64,000 nucleotides of DNA, from assembly GCF_009834535.1 (NCBI RefSeq), contig NC_045697.1, positions 7,690,001 to 7,754,000 of the forward strand. The letters are read 5' to 3'. Positions 1 through 12,870 of the stretch are shown in pieces; the stretch's first letter is position 1; the number at the start of each line of letters is the position of its first letter. The translations under genes and the position numbers were made by a program. The notes below the pieces were generated by a model, which did no database searches, had not been told where the DNA came from, and saw only the letters and a list, made by a program, of their open reading frames with translations. Source of the stretch: Camelus ferus (Eukaryota).

Positions 1-825
1 TGCAGAACTGTTCATATACTGTATTGGACAATTTGGCTGGATGTAAGTTAAGATGGGAAATAGAATGTGGAATTAATAAGGAATAAGGAATGTAAAGGGA
101 CAGTGGGATTCACGTAACTAATAGCCCGTCTGACATAACTGAGAGCTTTCTGGGGACAAAATGTGAACTACAGAGTAGGAATTCCAGAAAGGGGATCCAC
201 AAAGATGTAGCAGGTGTCAATCTTCTGTTAATTGCCCACTGATTAAAAAAGCAATGTCCAGCAGTCCAGCAACACAGGCTTTCTAGAGATGAAGAGCATC
301 TTTTGCCCTCCTCTCCTCTTTGCTATTTCTTTGTCCCATGTCTCCACTGTTCAGAATTTCAGGAAGAAAGAGTAGTTCATCCTCAGACCCCAACATCTTT
401 GCTCAGTTGTTAGTAGCTTTCAGCATCAAGTTCAAGAATGCCAGACTCAATAAAGGTCTTTAAAATGGACAAAAAATATTCTAAGCCTAAGACGTCACTT
501 GACCAAAATGAGTATAAAGAGGAAGAACCTGTTATATAGAGTATTTTTAAAGTGGATTTGTACAGTGACATTTAAAACAGACACTGAGGTACAGGCATGG
601 TACCAGCTGTTACCAGCTTTCTGATTTAGGGCCATTCAGTTGATCTATTGGAGCCTCATTCAAAAAATAGAATAATAATATGTGATTGGGCTGAGGTCAA
701 TTGGCTCCGAGGGGCATTTAAGATACATTCAAGGTAAAAACCTGCAGTTTGATTATAACCATATAACACCTATCACTACCTATGCATACAAGCACATATG
801 TACATATTTTTCATGTTATCTAGGC

Positions 826-1118
826 TTGTGCTGTCCAACAGAAGTAGAAAAAGAATATCTAATTTGAAGTTTTCTAGAAGCTATATTAAAAGACGTGAAA
901 AGAAAGGATAAAATTAATTTAGCAGTGTAATTATCAAAATATAAAGTTTCAATAAGCAATTAAATCAAAACGTACAATGATATTTTAGACAATTTTTTAA
1001 TGAGTCTTTAAAACATGGTGTGCATTTTATACCCACAGCACATCTCAATTTGGAACAGACACACTTCAGTTGTTTCATAGCCCCGTGTGGCCAGTGGATT
1101 CCTTACTGGACAGCACAG
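826..1118 (+). mobile_element. MER33-type hAT-Charlie non-autonomous DNA transposon
   Basis: Terminal inverted repeats TGTGCTGTCCA / TGGACAGCACA; internal ACAGCACATCTCAATTTGG and GTGTGGCCAGTGG match the recalled MER33 consensus. Confidence 0.8.
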
Positions 1119-1249
1119 ATACAGGGTAATGAAAAGAGTCATCTAGGGAAATTAGCACTATTTGGAGCAGCATAGTTAGTATTCTAGAGCTGATATTGTG
1201 GTTAAAAACTCTCATAGACAATCATGATATGCCCCAAGCATAGAACACT

Positions 1250-1410
1250 CATAACATTGTAGATCTGGGAGAAACTTGAGAGATCATGTGGTTTCAACCT
1301 TTCTGTTTTGGTTGCATGAATTGTGCCTGAAAGAGGACTCATGACCTAGGAAGGCCACACAGAGCACTGACAGCAGCAGGACTGGAACCGAAGCCAGCCG
1401 TCTGGTTTTC
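1250..1410 (-). mobile_element. MIR3-like SINE fragment
   Basis: GAAACTTGAGAGATCATGTGGTT and AAGGCCACACAG resemble the reverse MIR3 tail and core. Confidence 0.5.
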
Positions 1411-2194
1411 CACTTGAGGACACACTGTGCGAGGCAGCACCGTGACGCTCCCTTCTTTGAACCCCATCAGAGCACGATACCTACTCTTAAGTGAGCAAGC
1501 AGGGGAGAAGCATCATGGAGTTCCCACGGGGTGTGGGGTGCCTTCTGCACATGCACATTTCTTAGCACTTTATACGTGCTTTAATGACAAATTGCCACCT
1601 TAGAAATGGAAAAATCGAGATTTTTTTTTCTTCTAAAATATATTCTACAATATACATTCTGTAACTAAGACAGCCTAACTCGGTCCTCCGGAAGTCCAAC
1701 ACAAGTACCACACTTGTATAATTCGGTAGAAATGCCTTTTCCATTCCCAGGTTTTAAAAGCTTCCACTTGGCAACCGCAGCATTCCCTTACCATCAACCT
1801 TTGCATTTCATTCATCCTGCAGATTAGATTTGCAAATAAGAATTGAGAATTCTCTCTTCATTCTAAACTCTACTTTTTTTTTTTTTTAACATACTGCATT
1901 ATGTTTCATTGAGTCAAGTTCTCAAAAGTGGAAAATAAAACTCAACAAGGGAAAGTCCTAACCACTGTCTTTAACCTCAAGGATTATAGTAATTTGTGAC
2001 ATTGTCTGTATGGTCAACATTGACAGAAAGCTGTAAAACGGATTATGGGGTGAGATGCTTGATGGAATGAAAAAGCTGTAACTGTGGGATACGTGACCAT
2101 AAGGAATGGTACTCAAGTAGGGGTGCGCAGGGGCTCTGAGTTGTAATGCAGACAGATTCCCTTACCTGGGCAAGCTGGGGAGACTAAATCCTCA

Positions 2195-2387
2195 GATGAT
2201 CAGAAGCAACCTCTGAGCGGCTCCAGTCTTAGTGGGCGACCTTAGGCAAGTCACTTACCCACATGACACCCGTTTTCTTAGCTTTGGAAGGATGCTCATC
2301 ATCTATATTCAGCTAGATGATGTTTGCAGAGAGCTTTGAGATACTTGGATGAAAGGCTCCATTTACATGTAAAGTAGTGTTGCTATT
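2195..2387 (+). mobile_element. Ancient CORE-SINE, MIR1_Amn-like
   Basis: Core GACCTTAGGCAAGTCACTT plus tail GCTTTGAGATACTTGGATGAAAGG...AAAGTAGTGTT, as recalled for the amniote MIR tail. Confidence 0.6.
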
Positions 2388-3039
2388 CAAACCCCCTCTG
2401 CTGACTACTGTGCAGGAGGTGCACTGAAGGAGGGCAAATGAGGAAAGAGAAAAGAAAACCTGGCTCCCGAAATGATGGAAACCTGATTACCCCAAACCAG
2501 CTTATTCTGAAAGAGAGGTGTTCTGTTGCATTCATTCACCATTTCCAAACAGACTTCATTTTGGATGAGCAGATACGCAGAGCGAGACCAATCCGTTCTC
2601 TTTTCTGTAAGTGAGAAAAAAATCTGAGATAAGAGTAAAGCCACTGAAGTTCTGAGCATAATCCCTTTAAAAACTGTCTCCACTATATGCATCTGGCTTC
2701 CATTAATCTGCAGCACTGGAAAAAGTTAGAAGATTCCAAATGCCTCATTTTAATCCCAGTTTATACTAGACTGACCATATGTGTACATGGGTATTTGCAA
2801 CCTGTCATTCATGTCATTGTCTTCTATGAATTGAACAATGGTGGGTTCAGTGATTCCTTGCCCACTTTTAGATCTCACTGATTCATAATGATATATAATA
2901 TTTTAATGAAAGTATCTATGAAATAAATTGCAAAGCTTTCTGAATGTGCTTTAAAAATACTTAAAAATGAAGAGGAAGAAATAAGTGGAGTGAAAAAACG
3001 TTACCTTTATTATCCTAAGGCAAGGATCATGCTCAAGGT

Positions 3040-3093
3040 TTGTTTTTTTGTGTTTGTTTTTGTAAAGTTTTGTTTTGTTTTGTTTTGTTTTTT
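3040..3093. repeat. (TTTTG)n simple repeat
   Basis: Seen directly. Confidence 0.85.
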
Positions 3094-3339
3094 GGTAACA
3101 CTTCCTGAATAAGGCCCCAAGACTTTGATACAGCACCATGTTCAATCTCTTTATCTCTGTAATATAGGATTTCCACCAGCATCTAAAATCCGTTCCGGGT
3201 CTTACACTTTTCCATTACTGGCTTTTTAGCAACTTCACTGTCATGGCTGTGAATTTGTATCTTTTATCCGTTTTGCATCCCCGGGGCAGGCGTATCTGTA
3301 TGTTAGCTCTTGGCATCCCTGCAATAACCCCAGGAGCTA

Positions 3340-3497
3340 GGTGTCACTCCCTCCATGATTGCAGATGCAGATAATAAGCAGGGCAAGGTTATGTTGCCTG
3401 GTCAAGGTCACACTAGGTAAGTGGCAGAATGAAGAATTGTAACTAGCTCTAAGCGACTCCTAACCATGTAATTTCCCCACCACACTAGACTACCTCT
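3340..3497 (-). mobile_element. MIR SINE
   Basis: CAAGGTCACACTAGGTAAGTGGCAGA is the reverse MIR core. Confidence 0.7.
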
Positions 3498-4764
3498 TAA
3501 AAACAGCCTTGTCCCTCACATTTCTCTTCCTGTGCATACCTATTTGGTATCACTCACCTTGCCACTGACCTTTAACTCTTTTGAAACAATAAAACACGTG
3601 CAGATAAAATTTGGCAGAATAGAAATTATTTCTTTGAGTATCTTTCTGAAAAGGTCTTGGCCTGCCTGAATAATTACTGGTGAAATGGATATGATCCTGC
3701 TAAACCCTAAAAGTACCTGACAATCTTTCTCTGTGACTAATTATTCCACAGACTGTCGTTTAATTGCAGGAGGTAGGAGGTGCTTTCTATAAACGCTTAA
3801 CATTATAAGGGGACATGATCTGCAATCTTCAGATCATTAAACTTCTTACCAGGAATGAGTATGCTTTGGGGACCAATGACATTTGTCAAAAGAATCCTGT
3901 GTGTTCAGTGGATGGGAGGATGCCGGGCCCAGGAAAGGCAGCCTTATAACTGTCCAGTGCTGAGTGGCTTTAATTATTTACTAGAAGGAAGGTATGGATG
4001 ATCCAGGCCTTCTCCAGAGAGATGGCTATTCAAAGAACAGGATGCGTAAAGTCACTGAGTGAACTGAAATCAATGTCTAAAATAAATTCCCCAGGACAAT
4101 TTTCAGGTAGTTTGCAGCCATCACAAAATAGAAGCCGAGGGAGCCGGCCGAAGATGGTCTGAATGGAAGTTACAGTATAGTTATTTAGCACTTGCCCACA
4201 TTACCTTATGCTGTGTCCCTCACACTTGACCCTAGCTGTCCCCTGGTGCCCAGAGCACATTCTGGTACATTGCATGCCATTAAATTAATGAATGAAGGTC
4301 ACTGGATGGATATTGATCTTGGTTCCAGAGCCATATCCAAACGTGACTGGGTAGGTGGCTTTGGTAGGTAGTGGTTAAGACCCCAAAACACAATTCAGTG
4401 ACAGCATGGACAGCAGCAGTAAGCATAGTCTTGTGGCTCCCAGCGTCCAAATCATGGGAAGAATATTTCAAATGCACATTTTGGCATTCTATGCTAGATT
4501 GGAAGATGCAAGATATTTATGGATGGGATTTTAGTATCTCACCTTTACATTTTTCAGCAGACCAAAGTTGCAGAACCAAACACGGAATTCAATGACCTGG
4601 TTCATTTGTCCATTAATCCACTTCCTCAGTCAACACACTTTCACTTGTCAATTTAATTTGTACTTACTGATACAGACTATGTGCTAGGCACTCTCCCAAA
4701 TGCTGAGAAGTCCAGCTTATACCAAGCGAAAGTCCTGCTCATGTGGGACTTGTATTTCTTCTGG

Positions 4765-4768
<4 letters not shown>

Positions 4769-4804
<36 letters not shown>

Positions 4805-4814
4805 CACACACACA
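4769..4814. repeat. (CA)n microsatellite
   Basis: About 22 AC units with one interruption. Confidence 0.95.
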
Positions 4815-5191
4815 GAACAGGTAAATATGCATCACTGAGAGTGCTGATATGCTTTGAAGGAAAGGGAAATCTGGATGAGAGAGAGACGCTGGTGGCTGGG
4901 CGCTCTGTGGTATAGGTGGCCTCTCTGATGAGATGACATTTGAGTAGAAGTAATTAGCTCTGAGGATATATAACCAAATGTTACTGGTAGAAAAAAAATG
5001 GAAAAACAAAGGCCCTTAACAGAAGCAGATTTGGCATGTTTGAGGAATAGCACAAAAACAAACAGACAAAAACAGGGTAGCTGGAACAAAGTGATTAGGG
5101 GGAAGGAGGTAAGAAATGGGACTGGAGAGGTAGTCAGGGGTAGATCCTGAAAGATCAAAGAAATATTTGAATCTTACTCTGAATGAGAATG

Positions 5192-5679
5192 AGTGGGAGG
5201 CGTAAATCTTTGAAGACCCCCCCAAGTCAACAAGATACCCTCCCTCCGCAATAGATGCCCTGTCTATCCCCTCCCTAGAATGTGAGTGTGAACTCTGAGT
5301 GCAATGGACGGTCACTTCCACGAACAGGCAACGTTATATGGCAAAGAGATTTTAAAAATGGAGATTAGCCTCAGTGGGTCTGACCTGAGATTTGAAGTGA
5401 GGAGAGTGTCCCTGCTGGCCTGGAAGGAGAAGGAGTCCTGCAGGTGTAAGGGGGGAATCCTCCAGCCACTTGAATGTGCTCAGAAGGGCGCCTCCAGCCC
5501 CGGAAGGAAGCACAGCCCTGGCCGAGAACCTCATCGCAGCCCATGGGCCTTCTAACCTAGAGGTCCCAGCCTTGCTACTCCTGGACTTCTAATCTACAGA
5601 GTCATGAGTTAATAAGCGGGTGCTATTTTAAGCTAGGCATTTGTGATGATTGTTCACGGATCAAAAGAAAACTAATACA
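5192..5679 (+). mobile_element. MaLR solo LTR, MLT1E-like
   Basis: Contains CGTTATATGGCAAAG and CTGGACTTCTAATCTACAGA; ends AGAAAACTAATACA. Confidence 0.75.
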
Positions 5680-5889
5680 AAAGGGGGTCACAGAAGGGAA
5701 GTGCTGTGCATGGGGTGTGGCAAAGTCTGCCTTCGTTTTAGAAGATTGTTCAGGCTGCTTTGAAGCGGATGGGCTGCAGACGTGAGGCCACCGCGATAGT
5801 CCAGGAGAAAGGTGACGGTGTCTTTGATTGTGGTGACATGGATTAAAGATTCGAGAAGTAGTTGTATTATTTTAGAAGTTGGAGAAAAT

Positions 5890-6363
5890 TTAAACCAAAC
5901 TTGGGTCCGCTCACCCATGCACAGCACAGCCAGTCTGTTAACACCAGGCTGTGGTGAAGGGAAGTGTAGTGTTTATTGCAGGGTGTGCAGGGCAGACAGT
6001 GCTCAGATCACCCAAATTCCCCAATGGGTTTCAGTGAAGCCTTTGTAAAGTGACAGTGAGGGAGGAGCATCCCAACTTATGTGATCAGCTCATGAACAAT
6101 TGTCTGGTTGATAGAGAGGTAGCAGGGCGTTGTCACAGGGGTTACATTGCAGTCCTTGGGAACCAGGAGGTCTTGTGGCTACAAGCTCATGGTCATCAAG
6201 TAATTAATTTCTTTTATTTGCTGAGGGTTTTAACATCTGTCAAACAACTCAGAAAATGTGCATCAGATATTGTTATCTAGGTGCTTCAGAGAGCAACTAA
6301 AGCAGAGGATATAAGGGAGGGAGTCTGTCCTGGGAGGGACCCATAGGGTCCCGCTCAATTACA
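5890..6363 (-). mobile_element. ERV solo LTR (ERV1-like) nested in L2
   Basis: Ends in TTACA (TGTAA on minus); minus-strand AATAAA at 5972-5977; resembles laurasiatherian LTRs; TSD not clear. Confidence 0.7.
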
Positions 6364-7174
6364 ACTGAATTTTCTGATTGAATGATGGAGGGAATAAGGA
6401 GAAAAAGGAGGCTGTATGCATCTCACCCAGGGTGTTGGATGGGACAGTTGAAAAGAAGAGGGAGTGCTGATGTCCCAGATCGAGGGAGAGTGAGACTGAA
6501 AGTGCAGACGAGGGGGAGAAATCAAGTGTTCATTCTGAGGCATGTTAAGATTAATATGCTCAAAGTAACATCCAAAATGAGGTGGCAGATAGGACGCTGG
6601 CTAAGAATTTAGAGTTCAAAAGAGACACTGGAGCTGGGAACATCCATCTGTGAGTCATTGGCATATAGCTTGCATCTAATGACAGCACAGAAGTCACTGA
6701 ATGAATTAACACAGGAGAGGAACAAGATCTCATGTTTGATCCCCTGGGCACTAAAACACATGCTCCAACATAGCACCAGCTGACATGCCCAAGCTCATCT
6801 GAGATTCTGCAAATTCTCTCTCAAGGGTCCCAAGCAGACTGAGAAGGTATTCTGCAGCATAAGGGGGAATCCAGGAAAATAATCCACCACGCAGTCAAAC
6901 GAGGGAATATTTTAAGAGGCAAAGATGTTGAATACTGCCCATAGTTTATTTTAGATTAATTGAGAGGTGGCCACAAGATTTAATAAGCAAAATGTTAGTG
7001 AGATCAGTTTCATTGTTACAATGGATGCAGACACTGGAGAGCAATAAAGGACAGAGAAAAAGGGAAGTGAAAACTTATATGCAAGGATATGGATGGCTTT
7101 CAAGAAGTTTGCATATAAAAGAGGAAGTAGGGAGAATTTGATCATTGGAGCAAGATGTGGAAATAAGGTATTCT

Positions 7175-7725
7175 AGTTTAATTTAAAAATGGGTAATGCA
7201 TCCACATGGTTCATAAACCAAAAAGTATACAAGTCTTTATAGTGAGAAGTCTCTGCCCACGTGCCACTCTATTCCCACCCAGTCCCCATCATAACCCCAC
7301 CTCGATGTTCACTATTTTGTTTCTTACCTTCCCCTACAAGTTTCCTTGTACGTAAATAAGGAAGTCAAAATATAGGTTCTTATCTTTTCACCCTCTTCTA
7401 AACAAGTCATATTACTATTTATACAATTCTGTTCCTTGCTTTTTTTTTCACTTTATACCTTACCTTGAGAATCCTTCCAATGTCAGCTCTGAAATAGCTT
7501 CCTTTTTGTTTTGTCTTTTCTTCCATAGCCTCATGTTATTACCTTGTACCATCAATTATTTAACCAATTCTCTATTGAAGGACCCTCGACTTGCTCCCAA
7601 TCTCTTTCTATTGCCAGCAGGCCCGCGATGGATAACCTTGCTCTTGAATCATTTCACACAAGTTCATGTGCACAATAAATCCCCAAAGCGGATTCCTAGA
7701 GCAGGAATGTGTTGTACTTGTGGTT
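7175..7725 (-). mobile_element. Old L1 (L1ME-type) 3' fragment
   Basis: GTAATGCATCCACATGGTTCA...AGTGAGAAGTCTC and GGATTCCTAGAGCAGGAAT resemble a reverse L1ME 3' region. Confidence 0.65.
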
Positions 7726-8440
7726 ATAGCTGATGTTGTTGTTGGCTCATTGGCTTGTTTCTTTTGCTCATTTAAAAAAAAGAAGCGGGTTGAGTGAGTT
7801 AGCATAGAAGTAAAGGAACTGGGAAAAGTGAGGGTGTAAACATATAGAAGTAAAATGGATTGTAAACAATCCACCTTCCTTCCCAAAAGAAGGACATGGA
7901 ATGAAGACCAGAGGGATGACTCCCATAAGGAGAAGTAAACTGTCCATCTCTTTGCCAAGTGGTCGACAGAGCTATCATCTAATAATTTCTCATCCTTTGT
8001 AGATTTTAAGGTTAGGTCACCTGCTAAGAAGAGGGGGTCGTTGCTAGGATCAGAAGCTTGAGCAAAGGGAAACAATGTTGAACTAGATGCCCTGCGGAAA
8101 CTGAAAGAGAAGATAAGGGAGACAGACGAATTGCTAGGCAATGTTGTGAGACCGTTGACATCGGAGGATGTTGGTGTTACTGCCTTCACAAAGAATATCA
8201 TCAGATTCAAGGCCTGAAAATGTAAGGTGACAATGGTCAAGTGAGGTGGAATAAGCTGCCAAGGACAGAATGTCAACTCTATTCTCACATCTCCATTATC
8301 CAGAGGAAGCTTGGCACTGAGGACAGACACCTGCCGTTCGTCCTGGCCCTGCCACTTAAAGTACCAGCGATCGTGATGAAATCAGTTCATCTCCATAGTT
8401 CCAGTTTCTTTATCAACAAATTAGGGTGTTCTTTGTAAAA

Positions 8441-8448
<8 letters not shown>

Positions 8449-8498
<50 letters not shown>
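8449..8498. repeat. (AT)n microsatellite after a poly-A run
   Basis: About 25 perfect AT units. Confidence 0.95.
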
Positions 8499-8501
<3 letters not shown>

Positions 8502-9059
8502 ATATATAAAAAGCTAAATGAGATCTGTTTTGAGGACATACTTGTCTTGGGGAACTAAGATAATGCTATACATGAAAGTTCTTTTAGAATGTAAGAGATT
8601 CTACATGCATTGCCATCATTAGCTCAGAGTTGTTAATTCTTGTCTGAAATTATACACTGTTTGAGGAGCTTGTAAAGAGTTTGTTCTCCTGGAAGTACAG
8701 ATTATTTCTGATCATACCATAAATTATGATAATCAGGACCAAGTTTGAAAATAAAGAAATATATGCATATAAATGTGTGTATATAATGTTTGCCTAGGTA
8801 GGTAGACAAATAGATGTATTTTGTCATATTTTAAACAGATATATTTCTTTCAATTCATAAAAAGAATGATAATTTTCTAAGTTGCTATTACCCTAGAAAT
8901 TTTTTACTTTTAAATCCAGCACTTGACAGCCACTAATCTCTCATGTTCCATTCCTTTTCTTACACCTGTTGTGAAATAGGGCATTGATAGAACTATAATG
9001 GGTATAAATGTGTTTTTGAGTGAAGCAGTACATCATGTTCCGCTTACATCAATGCTAGT

Positions 9060-9161
9060 TTAGGTAACCCACTTTTCCGCTTTTAGTACTGAAAGTCCCA
9101 AGTCCAGGAGACCCCTCCATCTCCAGCAAACTGGAGCAATAATGTTCAGTTTGTCACCCTT
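9060..9161 (-). mobile_element. MER81-type hAT-Blackjack MITE
   Basis: TTTTAGTACTGAAAGTCCC core and GTCACCCT end; 8-bp flanks ATGCTAGT / ATGCTATC look like a decayed TSD. Confidence 0.7.
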
Positions 9162-9264
9162 ATGCTATCTTTAGTATAGTTTAATTCATTAAACAAGTAT
9201 TTGACAAGAGCACACCGTGCGCTGGTCGCTGCGGAAGCTACAAGCATAGATGAGCTGTGGGTGG

Positions 9265-9520
9265 GATGGAGAAAAGTGTTTCGTGGAAGAGCACAGGCTT
9301 CTGAGTCAGACAGCCCAGGGCTTGTAATTACAGATCTGCCACTTACTAACCTTGAGCTCGGGGAAATTTCTGGGTCTCTCTGAGCCCCATTTTCCATATG
9401 AAATATGGGGATGATAACAATATTACTTTAAAAAGTCTCATTATGTCAATTGAATGATACTAAGCATCATTTGCGTACACAGATCCAGTACCTGGGCTGG
9501 AAATTAGCTGATACTCAATA
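9265..9520 (+). mobile_element. MIR SINE, near full length
   Basis: AAGAGCACAGGCTTCTGAGTCAGAC...CTGCCACTTACTA...ATGGGGATGATAA. Confidence 0.75.
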
Positions 9521-10791
9521 CGTCCTAGTTTATTCTCTCATCTCCATTGATAGCTGGTCCAAGAGGATTAGTAAAATAGAAGAATGAATAGAGGGCAATT
9601 GAATTACACCTGGAGTGGAATAGAGGAGTGGGGGCCCCTGGGAGACGTCCTGCAGAGGTGACTTTGCATCTCGGGCCGGCTCCAGTTGTCAGGATAGTAT
9701 CATTGATTAATAGCCACAGTCTGCTTTCTATTTTCCGTAAAGGGGGGATCAGGTTCACCATAAAAGAGACATGTTCTACTAAAGGGTCACAGAAAAGGAG
9801 CAGGAAGAAGAGGAAGAGACAGAAGGGAGCACACGCTCCAGTAAAGAACTGCAAAGTGTCTTCTTGTATGTGCGTGTGTTTTCAGACAATTCAATGGCAC
9901 CTCACAACCTTGTATTACATGCCCCAGGAATTTATTGCAGAGGGTTTGGTGAATGCTGCTTTTTTTCCCAGAAGTTCTGAGTGGGGACTGACGCTGGCAG
10001 TTGAAGCGCGGTATCTCAGAGGTGTGACGTAGCTTAGAGGCATGGCTCCGTTCCCGGCAGGGGGTTGGGGGGTTAATGAGTTGACACTAGTGCTAGAGGT
10101 TTCTGGTGAACATTAAGGAAACTATTTCAGGAGACTGTATTTTGTGAACAGCACAGAAGATGCAATTGTACAAATTCCAAGGACAAGTTAAAGTCATTTC
10201 AATATTTCTGAAAAGTATGCATCCCCCCCCCCCAGGTGATGAATATGCCAAGCTCTGAAAGAGGCATAAAGTTATCAGTCAGGCACAAGACCAAGAGATG
10301 GCTGGCTTCTGATTGCCACTCCTGTAGAGGGTTGTTAACATTTCAGGACTGGCTCTGCTTTCTTCAAAAAGGAAGAGAATTTCAGGGATAGACTGTAATA
10401 AGCCCCTCAAATGAATTATAATGAAATATATTATAAAACCTAAAGAAAACGCCATAGTTTGAAGGTCTGACACAGAAAACCTCTGGACATTTCCAAAATC
10501 AGAGGTCCTTTTGGTTTGCCTTTCTCTACAATGCAACTGGACCTATTTCTTAAGCGTTTGGATATAACTGAGCACTGACCACATGCCAAGTGCAGATAGA
10601 GACCAGAGATACAGAGATAAAGGAGATGAAGGCCGATGTAGGAAGAGAGCATTGTGAGAGAGAAACACAGACACAAAGCATGAAAAATATTCTAGGTAAG
10701 TTAATTAAAATACATGAAGGTGGATTCTGTCACAGAAATAAGGGCAAGGAGACTGGCCAAGAAAACAATGAGACTTTCTGAAAAAAAAAAA

Positions 10792-10936
10792 ATATATGGT
10801 AAATATATATATATATGGTATTTATATATGTATTTATATATGGTAAATATATATATACTTATATATGGTATTTATATATGGTATTTATGTATGTTAAATA
10901 TATATATTACATATATGGTATTTATATATGGTAAAA
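10792..10936. repeat. Imperfect AT-rich minisatellite, unit ~TATATATGGTA(TT/AA)
   Basis: ATATATGGTA repeated about 7 times, plus variant units. Confidence 0.85.
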
Positions 10937-12121
10937 TGTAGTACCATGCAATATCTAATTTTTTTAGCATTTGTGATTTGGCCACTATGCTAAATAGTTT
11001 GTGTGTTCTGGGCTCCATAGAAGCAAGGGAAAAGGGAGGGAAATGACAGAGAGCTCAGGTATCTAAGAAACTGTCACTAATTCATTCTGACCGGCACAAG
11101 GGACACATGTGCATGTGTGGGAGGGGCTGGTGCAGTGATGGACAAGCCTGCAGAAGCAGGCAGCAGCCACATCATGTTACTTTACATTCTTCAGGAAGAA
11201 ATTGGGGGTTTTCACATAGAAGTCCGAGCAGTGGTCAGAGTGTCAACTGCCTAACTCTCTCATGGTCAGCTACTAGCAGGGTCTAGGAGCTGCTGTGCAC
11301 AGACCACATGTCAGGCACACACCTTGTCTAGTGTGTCATGCAGCGGAGGAAGATCAGAGTTGTGAGATAGTACAGATTACATAATGTGTATTTGTCTCAG
11401 CCTTAAAACATCTTCCCCCAAAACACATTAAGTTATAAGTATACTAGTAGAGGATAAATAAAATAACTTTAATACAGAAAGCATGAAGCCCAGCCTGACT
11501 ATTTCATTTACATCTTCTGAAACATGCAATAGCTCTGATCTCCTCTTGGATACATTCCAAGACTTCCAGCCTGTAATTCAAGAGTCTCTACCACTTGTCT
11601 TAACCTCAGTCTTTCAAGTGAATTTTCTCCCCCTAAACTGCTTCTCTCCTCCTTGTGCATTTCCCTCTTGATTCTGACCAACCTCAGAAGCCTACCGATG
11701 AGCCAAGATGTTTTTCTCCTGCAGAGTCTTTGCTGACATACATTCCCAACACTTCTGCTGATGGCTGTGGGAATTTCTAGCTGTGTGATCTGGGGGAAGA
11801 GCGCCTCTTAGGGATTCCCCTTCCTCTGCTGCAAAATGTAGAAAATAAGCCCTGCTCCACCTGCTTCACGGCGCTCACCTGCCCTTCTGTCGTTCACCCT
11901 GCACGTAGTTACTGAGTACCTGTGATGCGTCAGGCGCTGCTCTTCACTGGGGTTGGAGCAGAGCAGCAAAGACCAAGGGTTCCACCCTAGTGGGGCCTAT
12001 AGCCTAGTGGGTAGGGGAAGAAGTTAAAAACTGAGTTATGAAGTTATCCTTAGAGGAGGATAGGTACTATAAAGAAAATGTAGTAAATTATGGAGAGTAG
12101 GGAGTGACAAGTGGCCGTAAG

Positions 12122-12654
12122 TGTTACTGAGTCCAAGCTTCTACTGCTCCTGGCATGGCAGGCCAGTGAGTCGTGAGACAGGTGTTGGGGCAAGGAATAG
12201 AGACTCTATTCAGAAATCCAGCAAACCAAAAAGATGGCGGACTAGTGTCCCAAAGAACCATATTCCCTGGGTTTGGATGCTGGTTTCTTTTATAGAGCAA
12301 AGAGGGGAAGGTGAAGAGGTAAAGTTTAAAAAGGCAATATAAATTGTTGCAAATATTTCGTGGTTCCAGCCAGACTCTGGAGGGGATGTGTTAATTTCTT
12401 CTTTCCCACAGCCATTTACAGATGGGCCTGTCAAGGTGTTTCCTGTGAGCTAAATAAAGATATTTCAGCTTAACACTCAGGTATTGTTGGGGGCAGGGGC
12501 AGGGTTCCCAGAGATGGGCCATTATGTACACTTTAAGCTATAGCCAATGTCCCTAAGTCAGTGATAAACTTGTAGCAAATGCAACAGAATACAAAGGTTA
12601 AAGTGTCCAATATCCAGATCCAATAAGGGGTTAAATTTGTTTTTCCCTGTTACA
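12122..12654 (-). mobile_element. Complete ERV1-class solo LTR (533 bp)
   Basis: TGTTA...TTACA termini; perfect 4-bp TSD TAAG at 12118-12121 and 12655-12658; minus-strand TATAAAA at 12288-12294. Confidence 0.9.
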
Positions 12655-12739
12655 TAAGTATCAAATGCCATGTTGTAATGGAAAGAAAAGGCAAATGATA
12701 CTAAACCCTATAACATAAACTGCTAAACTGGCATTTCAG

Positions 12740-12870
12740 GAGGGCTCACACATGCCCAGGGCGGCACTAAGCACGTTAGATATATCTCACTTAATTCTTC
12801 TATCAAACCCAGGCAGACATTACTGTTACTATCACTGTTCTATAAATGAGAAAGTGAGGATATATAGAGA
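12740..12870 (-). mobile_element. MIR SINE fragment
   Basis: GGCACTAAGCAC...ATCTCACTTAATTCTT...ATAAATGAGAAAGTGAGG. Confidence 0.65.

Larger units (their letters stand above)
4620..7170 (-). mobile_element. L2 LINE, decayed, interrupted by two LTRs; probably continues at ~7770-8240
   Basis: Reverse L2 3' end (CTATGTGCTAGGCACT), GATGAGATGACATTTGAG, AAATCAAGTGTTCATT and GGAGCTGGGAACATCCATCTGTGAGTCATTGGCATATAG occur in collinear order. Confidence 0.75.

Noticed and set aside
301..454. Polypyrimidine tract + CAG followed by AATAAA (possible terminal exon)
   Set aside because: No GU-rich downstream element or other support; such patterns are common by chance
7608..8330. Longest ORF (240 aa, minus strand)
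   Set aside because: Spans L2 and L1 remnants, is Ser/Leu/Phe-rich and has no recognisable domain; a chance ORF
10059..10073. G-runs as a possible G-quadruplex (also ~12489-12504)
   Set aside because: Fewer than four well-separated G3 tracts
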